Source: Octopus vulgaris
Lineage: Eukaryota
Reading direction: 5' to 3'
NCBI GenBank assembly: GCA_951406725.2
Contig: OX597835.1
Span: forward strand, 7,316,001 to 7,380,000
DNA length: 64,000 bases
The notes beneath the pieces are model-generated. The model saw nothing but the letters and a program-made list of their open reading frames with translations. It had not been told where the DNA came from and ran no database searches. The position numbers and the translations under genes were made by a program. Below, in pieces: positions 27,837 through 42,250 of this stretch (position 1 is the first letter of the stretch; each line of letters opens with the position of its first letter).

Positions 27837-28204
27837 ATATATATATAGTCGAAAATCTCTCTTCCGTTGATTCTACACCATCTCGACTAACGACTCTACA
27901 GTCAAAGGGGACATAACTCTAGTTCTTCCATTTTCCTTTCTTTTTTTAACGTTTCTGTCACCATTCCACTTGGTGAACACTCTTCGATCTCGTTTTTTTC
28001 CTCGTGATTTCTCTTGTTCTATAGGGCACGTGCCCAGCCCCTGAAGATTACTTGAAGATACTAGGCGTGTTTCAAACATGCCTAGATAATATCAGGCTGC
28101 CTGAAACTATTGGTAGCTCATAACTACATACTGTATACAGGGGACAATATTTATCTCTTACCATATGGAGTATTTTTTTGTTTTATCTTAGCTTAACGGA
28201 ATAA

Positions 28205-28617
28205 GGCGCTGGAGTGGCTGTGTGGTAAGTAGCTTGCTTACCAACCACATGGTTCTGAGCTCAGTCCAACTGCGTGGCATCTTGGACAAGTGTTTTCTAC
28301 CATAGCTTCGGACCGACCAAAGATTTGTGAGTGGATTTGGTAGACGGAAACTGAAAAGAAGCTTGTTGTATATATGTATATATATATGTATGTGTGTGTA
28401 TATGTTTGTGTGCCTGTGTTTGTCCCCCTAGCATTGCTTGACAACTGATGCTGGTGTGTTTACGTCCCCGTCACTTAGCGGTTCGGCAAAAGAGACCGAT
28501 AGAATAAGTACTAGGCTTACAAAGAATAAGTCCCGGCGTCGATTTGCTCGACTAAAGGCGGTGCTCCAGCATGGCCGCAGTCAAATGACTGAAACAAGTA
28601 AGAGAGTAAAAGAGTAA
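28205..28617 (+). mobile_element. SINE family A, full length
   Basis: GGCGCTGGAGTGGCTGTGTGGTAAG head; tail ...GACTGAAACAAGTAAGAGAGTAAAAGAGTAA. Confidence 0.9.
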
Positions 28618-28949
28618 CAGAGTATATGTGTGCGTGCGTGTATGTGTGAGTGCGTGTATTCATATGCATACATGTGTTTATATATATATATATGCGTGTG
28701 CACGTTGTGTGTGTATATTTTTTATGTATGTGTGTATGTCTGTCGAAAGAGTACGTTGACACTCATTGTAGTTATCAATGATATGGCCTCGAGTCAATAA
28801 ACGAGAGGAACTTGTTGCATACTAAATGCGCAACAGTAGAGTTGGAGATATGGAATACAGCGAACTTCGAGGTTATCCAAGTAATTAGTAGATAAAAACT
28901 TCCTCTAGGGATATTCAAATTTCTAATCGCAAAAAAGCAAGAGAGTTGA

Positions 28950-30783
<1,834 letters not shown>

Positions 30784-31238
30784 GCTTTTTCCTTCTTTCT
30801 TCAAATTTTCTTCCGTTTCTCGCCGAGTGTTTTCCATACACCTAGGGCAGAGAAGGGCATTGTATGCATTCCCAGATTACACGCGCAAATTCACAGATAA
30901 AATATGTATTCAAAAATTAATAACTAAATAAATTCATGGATTGATGTTATTTTCACAACGATAGTGCTCTTCTCAGTACATGAGCCGTTCCAGGTAATAC
31001 GATTTTTTGTACTTCCTGTAGGGATGGTAAGCCTGGAATCATTTTCAAATAGGTTTCAGTACCTTTTTTTATCATTCCTAGAGATCCTACAATCACTGGT
31101 ACTGTAGTCGCCTTGAGATGCCACATTTTTTTCAATTTCCATTAGTAGGTCTTTATATTTACTAATCTTGTCAAATTCTTTCGCCGCTATATTGTGATCA
31201 CAGGGAATACTCATGTCAATTAATAAACAAGTCCATTT
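30784..31238 (-). mobile_element. R4/Dong-like LINE 3' end inside (TAA)n
   Basis: TCLLIDMSIPCDHNIAAKEFDKISKYKDLLMEIEK / MWHLKATTVPVIVGSLGMIKK...VQKIVLPGTAHVLRRALSL; TAA tracts on both sides. Confidence 0.85.
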
Positions 31239-31344
31239 TATTATTATTATTATTATTATTATTATCATTATTATTATTATTATTATTAGCATTATTATTA
31301 TTATTATTATTATTACTATTATTATCATTATTATTATTATTATT

Positions 31345-31463
31345 CAGTGAGAGAGCAATGCATTCCATCAAAGTGACACTGGGGTAAATTATACGAAACC
31401 CAGTATACCCATCATGACTACCTGCCTGATAAGGGTGCACCAGGAACAGGCATCACAACCATA
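31345..31463 (-). mobile_element. Truncated copy (3' end) of the TAA-embedded repeat
   Basis: Matches 62591-62710; abuts (TTA)n. Confidence 0.65.
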
Positions 31464-31689
31464 GTGTTGCGACCAAAATGTTCAGAACGGCATTGTTTTC
31501 GTCAGAAAAGTAGGTATAATTTTTCTATCAAAGTTGTTTTATATTCTATAATTATCACAGGCAATAAATACGATATTATTTGTTATTGTCTGAGATTTTG
31601 GTGTAATTTGAGAGGATAATACAAAAGTTATGGATGATTTAGTGATTTACTGCAAAACCCATGGCGGCCAAAATGATATATTTGGTTTT

Positions 31690-31978
31690 GTAAATAATGT
31701 TGTCCTAGGGAATGTTTAAGAAACCATAAGAAAATTATGAGTTTGTTTAAAAAACTTGAGATTACATAGAAAGTATTTTGCATAGGATATGAGCAGTTCC
31801 CATGAGCACTATCTTTTGAATTTCTGCCATTTTGGGGTTTTCTGGTATCTGATCTTGGTAGCAATCAGCCCCTTTTGCTATCATTCCTAGGGCACCTATG
31901 ACAACAGGTATTATCTTAGTCTTCAGGTACCACATTTTGCTAATTCCTATTTCAAGATCTTTATATCTGCTCAGTTTT
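31690..31978 (-). mobile_element. R4/Dong-like LINE 3' end
   Basis: KLSRYKDLEIGISKMWYLKTKIIPVVIGALGMIAKG...IQKIVLMGTAHILCKILSM*; abuts (TAA)n. Confidence 0.85.
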
Positions 31979-31983
31979 TATTA

Positions 31984-32057
<74 letters not shown>

Positions 32058-32059
32058 AT

Positions 32060-32321
32060 AATTTATGGTTTCCTTTCGTTATAACTTTATTTCAGTTGCT
32101 TTATTACAGGGAATCATTCGGAAGCCAAGGGTAGCAAGGGCACTTTTGTTTTGCTATGCATGCTAAAATTGTCACCACGTTTATTCCATTTTAGATGGAG
32201 GGTGCTTTCCGTAGTATAAGGGCTGCACCCTTCAAGGTTACCTTTTGTAATTCACAGAGATTGGAGTTGCCAGGGAGTTGCTTAATATTCTTCTCCGCTC
32301 CCTTCTTTATAATTCTCAACG
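32060..32321 (-). mobile_element. R4/Dong-like LINE 3' end (divergent subfamily)
   Basis: [43 protein letters not shown], then a UTR running into (TAA)n. Confidence 0.7.
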
Positions 32322-32323
32322 CA

Positions 32324-32428
<105 letters not shown>

Positions 32429-32496
32429 AGTGTATGCATATGTGTATGTGTGTGTGCATGTATCTATGTATCTATGTATAGATGTATATATATACG

Positions 32497-32576
<80 letters not shown>

Positions 32577-33809
32577 AAAGTTTTAAAAAATACACAAACT
32601 GGGACAAGAACGTGAAACATTTAGAAGACGACAAAAAAACACGGACGGGACTTTCGAAGCTCTCAGTCATCAGTCAAGAACCAGATCATCTTCGCAATTT
32701 CGGCTGATTAATCTTGAGATTGCTCCGATCTGGGCAGCCACCAAGGGAAATCTAAGCCAATCGCATTAGATTCCTTGGAAGAAAGCCTCGAAAGTATACA
32801 ACACAGGGACGGAAAACGGACGATGTTACACGAAAAAAAATACAAAAATACATAAAAACAATAATGATAGCACGAATAAGAATACAAAATACGTAAAAAC
32901 ACTAATAACAAAACCAGGACGTCAGGACAAGCGTCTTTCGACAGGACGAGTTAAGTATAGGGCTGGCTGTGGAAAAAGTGCCTGAAGGCAATACATATGT
33001 ATATATATGTATGTATGTGTGTGTATTTGTGTGTGTGTGTGTAGGTAAGTATCTGCGTATTTATGCGTATATGTATGTGTTTATATATATGTGAGTATTT
33101 ATATACACACGTATCGATACACATTCACCAATGTATGGTTGGGTGTATGTATGTGAAATGTATTTATGTTCGTGTGCATGTACGTTGCGGTGTGTATATA
33201 TGTGCGTCTACGATTTGTGTGTGTGTGTTGAAGTATTTTTGATGATGATGATGATGATGATGAGGATGATGGTGGTGGTGGTGGTGATAATATGGTGGTG
33301 GTGGTGGTGGTGATGTTGGTGGGGGTGGTGATGATGATGATGCTGACGACGACAACAACGATGATGATGACGATAACAATGATGCTGATAATGATGATGA
33401 CGATGATGATAGTGATGATGTTGATTCACTGATACGGATCCATGTATACCCAAACACACACACACATAAACAAACATACACACGCGCATACACATCCAAA
33501 CACACGCCTCCCCACAGACACACAGACACACAAACAAACAAACAAACAAACACACTCTCATACATGCTCTAATCACTAAAACCGCTGACATGTATAAATA
33601 TATCAATCACGCTTACATAGGAAAACGAATGCATTTTACGAACATACATCAACGTACACACTCATACATACAAACACACACACACACACACGTACGCACA
33701 CACTCGCACATATATATGTGTGTATATATATATATATAGATACACACACACAAACATATATATATATATATGTATATATGAATGCATGTGTGTGTTTACA
33801 TATGTATAC

Positions 33810-33846
<37 letters not shown>

Positions 33847-35530
33847 ATAACATTAGTGAGTGTAACTCTAATTCATATTTTATATATTATATACATACAT
33901 ATATATATATATATACATATGAATACATATATATATATATATGTGTATATATATATATGTATATAAATATATTTATATATATATTTATATACATATGTAT
34001 ATACATGTGTGTGTATATATATGTGTGTGTGTCTATATATGTTTATATGCATATATATACATATATGCACACACACACATACATAAATGCATTTAAATAA
34101 ATATCTGTGACTATGTATATCTGTGTGTACCCGAGTGTGTGTATGAGTGTGTATGTGCGTGTGTTCTCTATGTGTATGTGACGCGCTCGTAGAAAGACAC
34201 ACACACACACATACACACACACACACACACTCACATACACATATACACACAAGTATGAAAGACAGACGAATTGAACGAAATATACACACTGGAATATAAA
34301 CAACACTCTCTCAAACATTCTACGCACAACCATACGTTCTGCATACTTGTATACACACGTAATCATCTCTTCTTATTCTTTGTTTTTTTTTTTTTACTTG
34401 AGGGCCGCCAACCCTACCCTGACCCCCACCCATCAATACAGACGCCCTCACTATGTGTCAAGATGGATCTGTTTTCTATCTATCGTTCTATCTGTCTGCG
34501 CACCCTCAACCGTTCTCTGCCATCAACTCTCTATTTACATCTGTCCTAAACTCACGTGTAGTACACACGAGGAATCACACACCCACACAGCAGGTGCTGT
34601 CTTTGAGTTATTGGTGCCTATCGCAAAAGTTGTGGAGTTCCACGGCATTTTTTTCCCCTCCTACGCAAAACTAAGAACGTCCCCAAAAGACACCCACGCA
34701 AACTCCCACACGTACCAATTAGCCTAACGAGGCGTTGCGGAGCGGGGAATGCCGCGCCGTCACTTTTCACGTGCTCAGACACACTTCGCGCTCCAACACC
34801 TACAATAACGACACCACCACCACCACCACCACCAACACCACCATCAACAGCAACAGTGATAATTACTACACCCACACATACTCATGGAGGGGGCGGAGGT
34901 GGTGGTGGTGGTGGTCGTAGAGGTAACAGTCGTGGTAGTTGTGGGGGTTGTGGGGGTGAAGCGGAGGTAGCTGTGCTGGATAGAGGGTTGTTGTGGGAAA
35001 TGAAGTGGAGGTGGTGGTGGTGGTGGTGGTGGTGGTGGTGGTGGTAGTGGGTGTCGTTGAGTGGGTAGGTAGAGGAGGTGGCAGAAGTAATGGTTGTGGT
35101 TGTGGCGGTTGTGGTGGTGGTGGTAATGGTAGGTTTGAAGGTGGTGGTGATTGTGGGTAGGTGTACAGGACATTGTGGTAGTGGTGGTTGTGGTGGTAGT
35201 GATGATGATGATAATGGGGGTGGTGACAGTTCTGGCGCTTGAGCTGGTATTACTTCTGTTTTTTGTTATTGTGCTGAACATTGTTGTTTAGCCCCGATTC
35301 TACCCTGATCCGACCTACCATCAAAAGACATTCTATCCATCAAAGCGTAACCACCACACCTTTAATATTCTTTCCTCTCAGCATATTGTAGTGAGAATAA
35401 GTTATCAAATGGACCCTACCGTTTTCTATGAAGTAGAGTGCGGTGCAAGGGAAATGTTTCTGCTTTTCTAGCAGAACAAGAATCCCTGAGTGGCTATCTA
35501 ACTTAGATACTGGTATTTACTGCACCTGAT

Positions 35531-35962
35531 GTCTATCCGGGTACCATTTTAAAACTTGTCTGTCCGGGTACCATTTTAAAACTTGTCTGTCCGGGTACCA
35601 TTTTAAAACTTGTCTATCCGCGTGCCATTTTAAAACTTGTCTATCCGGGTACCATTTTAAAACTTGTCTATCCGGGTACCATTTTCAAAGTTGTCTATCC
35701 GGGTACCATTTTAAAACTTGTCTATCCGGGTACCATTTTAAAACTTGTCTGTCCGGGTACCATTTTCAAAGTTGTCTATCCGCGTGCCATTTTAAAACTT
35801 GTCTGTCCGGGTACCATTTTCAAAGTTGTCTATCCGCGTGCCATTTTAAAATTTGTCTATCCGGGTACCATTTTAAAACTTGTCTGTCCGGGTACCATTT
35901 TCAAAGTTGTCTTTCCGCGTGCCATTTTAAAACTTGTCTACCCGGGTACCATTTTAAAACTT
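35531..35962. repeat. Minisatellite, 16 x 27 bp (GTCTATCCGGGTACCATTTTAAAACTT)
   Basis: Counted directly; head-to-tail with no spacers. Confidence 0.97.
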
Positions 35963-35973
35963 ACATTGTACGT

Positions 35974-36186
35974 AGGCGGCGAACTGGCAGAAACATTAGC
36001 ACGTCGGGCAAAATGCGTAGCCGTATTTCGTCTGCCGTTACGTTCTGAGTTCAAATTCCACTTTGCATTTCATCCTTTCGGGGTCGATTAAATAAGTACC
36101 AGTTACGCACTGGGGTCGATATAATCGACTTAATCCGTTTGTCTGTCCTTGTTTGCCTCTCTGTGTTTAGCCCCTTGTGGGTAGTA
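35974..36186 (+). mobile_element. SINE family B
   Basis: Family homology, followed by a poly(A) run. Confidence 0.85.
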
Positions 36187-36437
36187 AAAAAAAAAAAAAA
36201 AAAAAAAATTGTACTTATGAATGTGTGTGTGTGTGTATGTGTCAGAGACATAGATAAACAAGCAAACAGACTGGTAGTTGTCTGTGTACGTGTGTGTGTG
36301 TGTGTTTGTGTGAGTGTTTGTCTGTGTGTGTATGTGTGTGTGTTACTACAGAATAGCGGGCAAATATATGTAGAAGGGACAATGGCTAATTCAGGCCAAA
36401 TAGACTGTCACCTCACACACAAACGTGCACATGCATA

Positions 36438-36507
<70 letters not shown>

Positions 36508-36750
36508 TGTAGAGTAAACAAATTTATTTTACTCCACACGGGCGGAAATACTGGAAAAACAGAGGTTGAAAATGCATTGAGAATGGTTAAGATATTTTGT
36601 TTATCACGAAAATATTTGAAGATTCGACCGGTTTCACAATTTACACTGATTTTCAAAAAGTTCAAATAGAAAGACGGAGATTATGCCGCAGCTGTCTAGG
36701 GTTTGAAGCTTGCCCTATTTTTTTTAAGGAGTTCATGGCTCAAATTAGTA

Positions 36751-36911
<161 letters not shown>

Positions 36912-37649
36912 TTATGTAAATCTTGTACGACATTATTCTTCGTTCTTTCGTTCCCCCTCTCTCACATTTCCCTACCTTCTCTTGCTCACTTTGCCCCCTC
37001 TTTTCACTTCACTGTGTCCCTGTCATTTTTTCTCGACCCTCCTTAATTCTTCAGTCCCTCTGCCTCTGCTTCTCTCTCTCTCTCTCTTCTCTCTCCATGT
37101 TCGGTCAAGCCTGATCTTTCCTTCTTGGTTCGGCCGTCGTCCGTGAAACATCTGTCTTCCCTCCCTATGCTTGTGAAATTTTGTAGCTTAACTTAACTTA
37201 AACGACGTTAAGGTAAAAGAAAAACCCTTCTTGAAAAACCAAATAGTCTTTCCTTCCTTCATGCCAGGTTTGAAGAAAATATATCTTTCGCATCTTACTT
37301 TTTTGGTCTCTTAAATATACTGCATTTTGTGGCATTATTTCAAGCCAACCGGCTTTTTTTGCGCAAACTGCACGTGCATTTTTCTTGCGTACGCCTAGTA
37401 TTGATTGCAACAGCTGATGTATTTGCGCGTACAAATGCCCGTTCCCACGACTTTATCGATCGCATTCTAACTTTGAATCGATTTTAGTAATTTTTTCAAG
37501 GCTTATACACGCCCTGATAACGTCGGTATCTACATATCAAATTTGAGCGCAATCAGATGGAGGATGCCCGAGATCCTAGGAAACACACAGACAGACAGAC
37601 AGAACGGATTTTATATTATATATATATATATATATACCGGAGTAAACAT

Positions 37650-37704
<55 letters not shown>

Positions 37705-38652
37705 TGCAGGGACGGCTGTGGGCTGAGTTCATATTCCGCCGAGATCGACTTTGCCTTTCATCTTTTTCGGCGTCGATAAAATAAGCACCAGATGAGCACA
37801 GAGGGTCGATGTAATCGTTTTACTATTCCCCCGGAAATAGCTGGTCCTGTGCCAAAATTTGAAACCAATGATATATACCCGACTCAAGGAGGCGAGCTGC
37901 CAGAATCGTTAACACGCCGGACGAAATGCTTAGCAGAAGTTCATCCGTTTTTACATTCTGATTAAAAATTCAACCCGGGACAACTTTTTCCAGGTCGATA
38001 AAATAAGTACCAGTTGTACACTGGGGTTGATGTAATCAACTTAACTCCTTTACCCCCGAAATTGCTGACCTTGCGCCAAAAGTTGCAACTTGTATTGTTG
38101 ATGGTAATGGTTTTGAACCTTTTCTGAGTTCTCTTCTACACTTTGATTGGCTGATTTGTCCGTCCTTGTCATCTCTATCCAAAGAGTTTCATGCTGTGAA
38201 CAAATAAAAGCTATCTTTTCGTTTTTCAGCTGTTGGATTGCGCCCATGCTTTGAAGGGTTTTAGTAGAACAAAACGAGCCAAGTGGTTATTTTGAAATGC
38301 GCTGCTTATTCTATCGTTATATTTTGCCGAGCCGCTAGTTCGTTGAGCGTAAACAAACCACCATGGAGTGGCGAGAATAAAACACACACACACACAAGCA
38401 CATACACACATACATACACACACATATGCATGTATGTTTGTGTACGATGATCTTCTGCACAGTTTCCCCAACTCTTATATTCGCCCTTGAGGCAATGATT
38501 GGCCTGGAGCTGTAATAGAAGACGTTTATCCAAAGTGTCACACATGAGGACTGAACGCAAAACGCATGGTTGCAAAATGGTCAACTTTACCACACAGCCA
38601 TGCATTTTCAAAATTAAGAAAAAGAAACTGTTTTTGCCATTTTAGGATTGGT

Positions 38653-38958
38653 GGAGGCACATGGCCTAGTGGGTAGAGCAGCGGATTCGCGGTCGAGGAA
38701 TCGCTGGTTCGAATCTGAGACCGAGCGGTATGTGCGTTTATGAGCGAAACACCTAAGGTCCACGCGGTTCCGACAGAAGGTAATGGCGAACTTCTGACTA
38801 TTTCGCCACAATTTTCTCCCACTCTCTCCTCCTGCATCTTGCAGCTCACCTGCGACGGAACGGCGCCTCGTCCAGGTGGGGAACCTATACGCCAATGAAA
38901 CCGGGAAACAGGCCCTTATGAGCCAGGAATAGCTCGAGAAATAACAAACAACATCAAC
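38653..38958 (+). mobile_element. SINE with family-C head and body but a different 3' tail
   Basis: Shares the head and GAGCGAAACACCTAA..CCACAA.TTTCTC.CACTCT with family C, then an unrelated tail ending in (CAA)-like repeats. Confidence 0.75.
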
Positions 38959-39591
38959 ATTCGCAGAATTGACGCTTGTGGAATATCGAAATAATTGTTC
39001 CCAAGTTCTACAGAAATTTCAATAAAATCGTCATCACACCGGACGATATGATTAGCAGCATTTAATCCGTCTTTTCTTTCTGGGTTCAGATTCCGCCGAG
39101 GTCATCAACTTTGCCTCTCACCCTTTCGAGATCGATAACATAAGTACCAGTTGAACATTGGGGTTGATGTAATCGACTTAATTAATTAACCGTAAAGTTA
39201 GCATCGGCAGGATTTGAACTCAGAACTTCCAGATAAACAAATACTTTATTGTGTACCACATTGAGTTCATCATCATTTAACTTCACTGTTCAAATGTATA
39301 ACTCTTCTTCTTTTACTCTTTTCCTAGATAATTATATAATTTGACTATTTAAAGAAAAAAACGTTTTCACAGCCATTTGGGACTTTAGAAAGAAAGATAC
39401 TGTATAGCAATAATAACATAAATGTTGATATCTTAACTATTAATGCCATGAATACCTGAAGTTTATTTGGAAATTTTGCAATTCAATATTTATATGCTGA
39501 GCCCAAAATCGAATGCATCACAGCAAGGATATGTTCCGTGTAGTCATAGGTTGCGCATTATGTAAATATGGAAGGATTTTGTACTCTATAA

Positions 39592-39642
<51 letters not shown>

Positions 39643-40030
39643 GTTCAGTAGTTTTATTTTTTTTTTTTTTATAGCGTGCTTTCACTTCACTACCGAGCGC
39701 AGCTCTGTGTGCCTTGGGTATGTGCTGTGATTTGTTGCGATGCTCTGATGGTTATTGTATGGAAAGTGTTCTGCGTAGGATGTGTGCAATTGCCTAGTAG
39801 TGCAATTTTCTGTATGTTTTATGTGTTTGTAAGTCCTGGTGTTTTTGTTATGTATTTGTCTGAATATTTTTTTATCATGCCTAATGCACCTACTATATAG
39901 GAATTGTTTCTGTTTTTAAATTCCACATTCTGGTTACATCTATTTCCAGGTCTTTGTATTTTGAGAGTTTCTCCATTTCTTTTAGAGTCACGTTGTCATC
40001 TGCCGGTATTGAGACATCAATTAGAAAGCA

Positions 40031-40035
<5 letters not shown>
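39643..40035 (-). mobile_element. R4/Dong-like LINE 3' end inside (TAA)n, same subfamily as 3503-3784
   Basis: Shares the 3' UTR and C-terminus with 3503-3784 and extends further 5' (KLSKYKDLEIDVTRMWNLKT). Confidence 0.85.
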
Positions 40036-40107
<72 letters not shown>

Positions 40108-40649
40108 GTTGTTGTTGTTGTTGTTGAAATATTATTATTTTTATATATAGTTTCTTGATAGTTATTAGTTATGATATCTATTTATTTACTATGCTTTATT
40201 ATTATTTTTATAAATGGATTTAATGTATTATGTATAATTTAATTTGAGAAATTGTTTTGTTAGACGATACGTTATTTAATAATTAGGTGGTATATTTATT
40301 ACGTAGTATTACATTTAAGTAAATTAGTTTTATATTAATTGATATTTTGGCCAACTATGCTATTGAGTGAAATATTAAATCTATAGATACTACATATATA
40401 TTAATACTATAGTTAGTTTATATAACGGATTGTGTATATTTGAACCATTTTCTATTTTTGATTCCAGTATTTATGGCTTCTACTAGCATTGTGTATATTA
40501 CTTAAACTTAAGGTTTTTAGTATAAATTGCTTAATGTGTATTAGACTTTATTTGGATGTTTATTAAATAAATATATTAAGTAATAATCTTACTCAATGTA
40601 TATAGTTTAAAGCGCTGAATTTAGTTTTCACTTAATGTATATTTCGCAT

Positions 40650-40726
<77 letters not shown>

Positions 40727-41207
40727 GAATGTTCCGTGTGTTGTTTGTCCTGTGTTCTATTTTTTTCGTTGTTAAAAAAAGTCCGTTCCCTTGTTTTTAT
40801 GTTTTCGTTTCTCGTTGAGTTCTACGTCTATTTGTGGTGTCCTGTACTCACAAATATATATTTATATATGCATGTATATATACATGTAGATGTAGGTACG
40901 TACATATATGTATGTATGTATGTATGCATATATTTTATTTATTACATTATTGTATGACTGAGCGCCCTCGCGTCGTTTCGTTTCGTTTCTTTCCTTTCTC
41001 CCAGTATGCTTTTATATATATGTATCCAAAATTTCTTCACATAACTTGATTATCTATTCACTATGAGCTATATATGGACATGCATAAATTCTGTAAGTTC
41101 AAGACATTTCATCGGATCTCCAGGAATCGAACTTTCTTCAATTCAGTTAAACTTACACTCTCATTTGTATCTACCCCTTTTGATGTTTGGGAATCTCTGA
41201 TGTTTTT

Positions 41208-41292
41208 TCGGCTGACGAGTACGAGCCATCTATATTTACTGCATTTTTTTGTAGCTTATTAAAGATGTCCTCGTACGAAACAATTGTACCGA
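41208..41292 (+). ncRNA. Type I hammerhead ribozyme motif, intact core (Penelope/retrozyme type)
   Basis: TCGG-CTGACGA-GTACGAG...CTCGTAC-GAAAC-AATT-GTA-CCGA. Stem I 4 bp, stem II 7 bp plus CATCT/AGATG, palindromic stem III ACAATTGT, GUA cleavage triplet. Confidence 0.85.
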
Positions 41293-41821
41293 TATTTTGA
41301 TCCATTCTTGTTGCTTTTTTCCTATATATATATATATATATAGTAAACTATGGTTGCAGAACAAACAAATATAAGGTCATCCACATAACATATCACATCT
41401 CGAACATTTAATCACATAATGCTATTCCATACACATAGAATATAGATGCATAAAATCAAAGAAGATGAAACATATTTCATTAATACAAGCATATAATAGA
41501 AATGTGTTATTACAGTCTATCGGATTAAAAATTTATACTTTAGCGATTAAAAAAATATATTTTAACATTATAACATCTAAAATAATAAATATATAAAAAT
41601 ATAAAGAAATATATAAATATATAAATAAATAAATATATATATATAAATAAAAAAATACATATATATATAGGAAACATATAAATATATAATATATAATATA
41701 TAAGGTAAGATAAAAGTTCATCGTTTAGAAATTTTTTCGATTAAAAATTATATTTTAAGATATGGGAAAACCCATTATGAAAAGCCAGTGTCCGAGCAAA
41801 AAAGAAGAAACCATATTTACA

Positions 41822-41903
41822 TTCCCTATGGCCATTTCAGGGGTTCATTACCATATTTAATGCACGAGGGTGCATCACAATAATTACTCCTTCATCAGGG
41901 GAA
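41822..41903 (-). ncRNA. Type I hammerhead ribozyme motif, intact core, long stem II
   Basis: Minus strand TTCCC-CTGATGA-AGGAGT..ATTATTGTG-ATGCAC(CCTC)GTGCAT..TATGGTAAT..ACCCCT-GAAAT-GGCC-ATA-GGGAA. Stem I 5 bp, palindromic stem III ATGGCCAT, AUA triplet. Confidence 0.8.
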
Positions 41904-41949
41904 AAAGAAATCTCGCACTGGTATGTGATGTGTTTTTTATCTGTGTGGT

Positions 41950-42250
41950 TTTGTGGTACACAAGGTTCAGTTCTATCGTGTATATTTAAGTTATTTACTA
42001 TTTCTAATCCCTTTCTATTTATTATGTTGAGTGCGTCTGCTTGTGAAGTTTCGTGTTTTAAATTCGCGTTGAAGAATTTGATTAGTTACTGACTCGTTTG
42101 GTTTGTTTTCTTCGTGGTCGAAGAAGTCATCTCTCTATCGCATTCTACGAATGAATTGGCTGGTCTTCTCAAGAAGTAATCTCTTGTATTCTTTTCTTCC
42201 GGGTATAGGTATGTCTTTAAGTGAGACGTCTAATACCATTATTTCCATCT
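41950..42250 (-). pseudogene. Degraded Penelope-like element ORF N-terminal fragment
   Basis: MEIMVLDVSLKDIPIPGRKEYKRLLLEKTSQFIRRMR*R..FF followed by INRKGLEIVNNLNIHDR. This resembles the PLE N-terminal motif SLKNIP.P...Y...LIEK...FI.RMRWKA.FF. Confidence 0.55.

Noticed and set aside
35531-35962. CRISPR array
   Set aside because: Units are directly adjacent with no unique spacers, there are no cas genes, and the context is eukaryotic.
37390-37620. Additional Helitron copy
   Set aside because: It has a Helitron-like 5' region (ACAG repeats, AAATTTGAGCGCAATC) but no hairpin plus CTAG terminus was found, so it was left uncalled.
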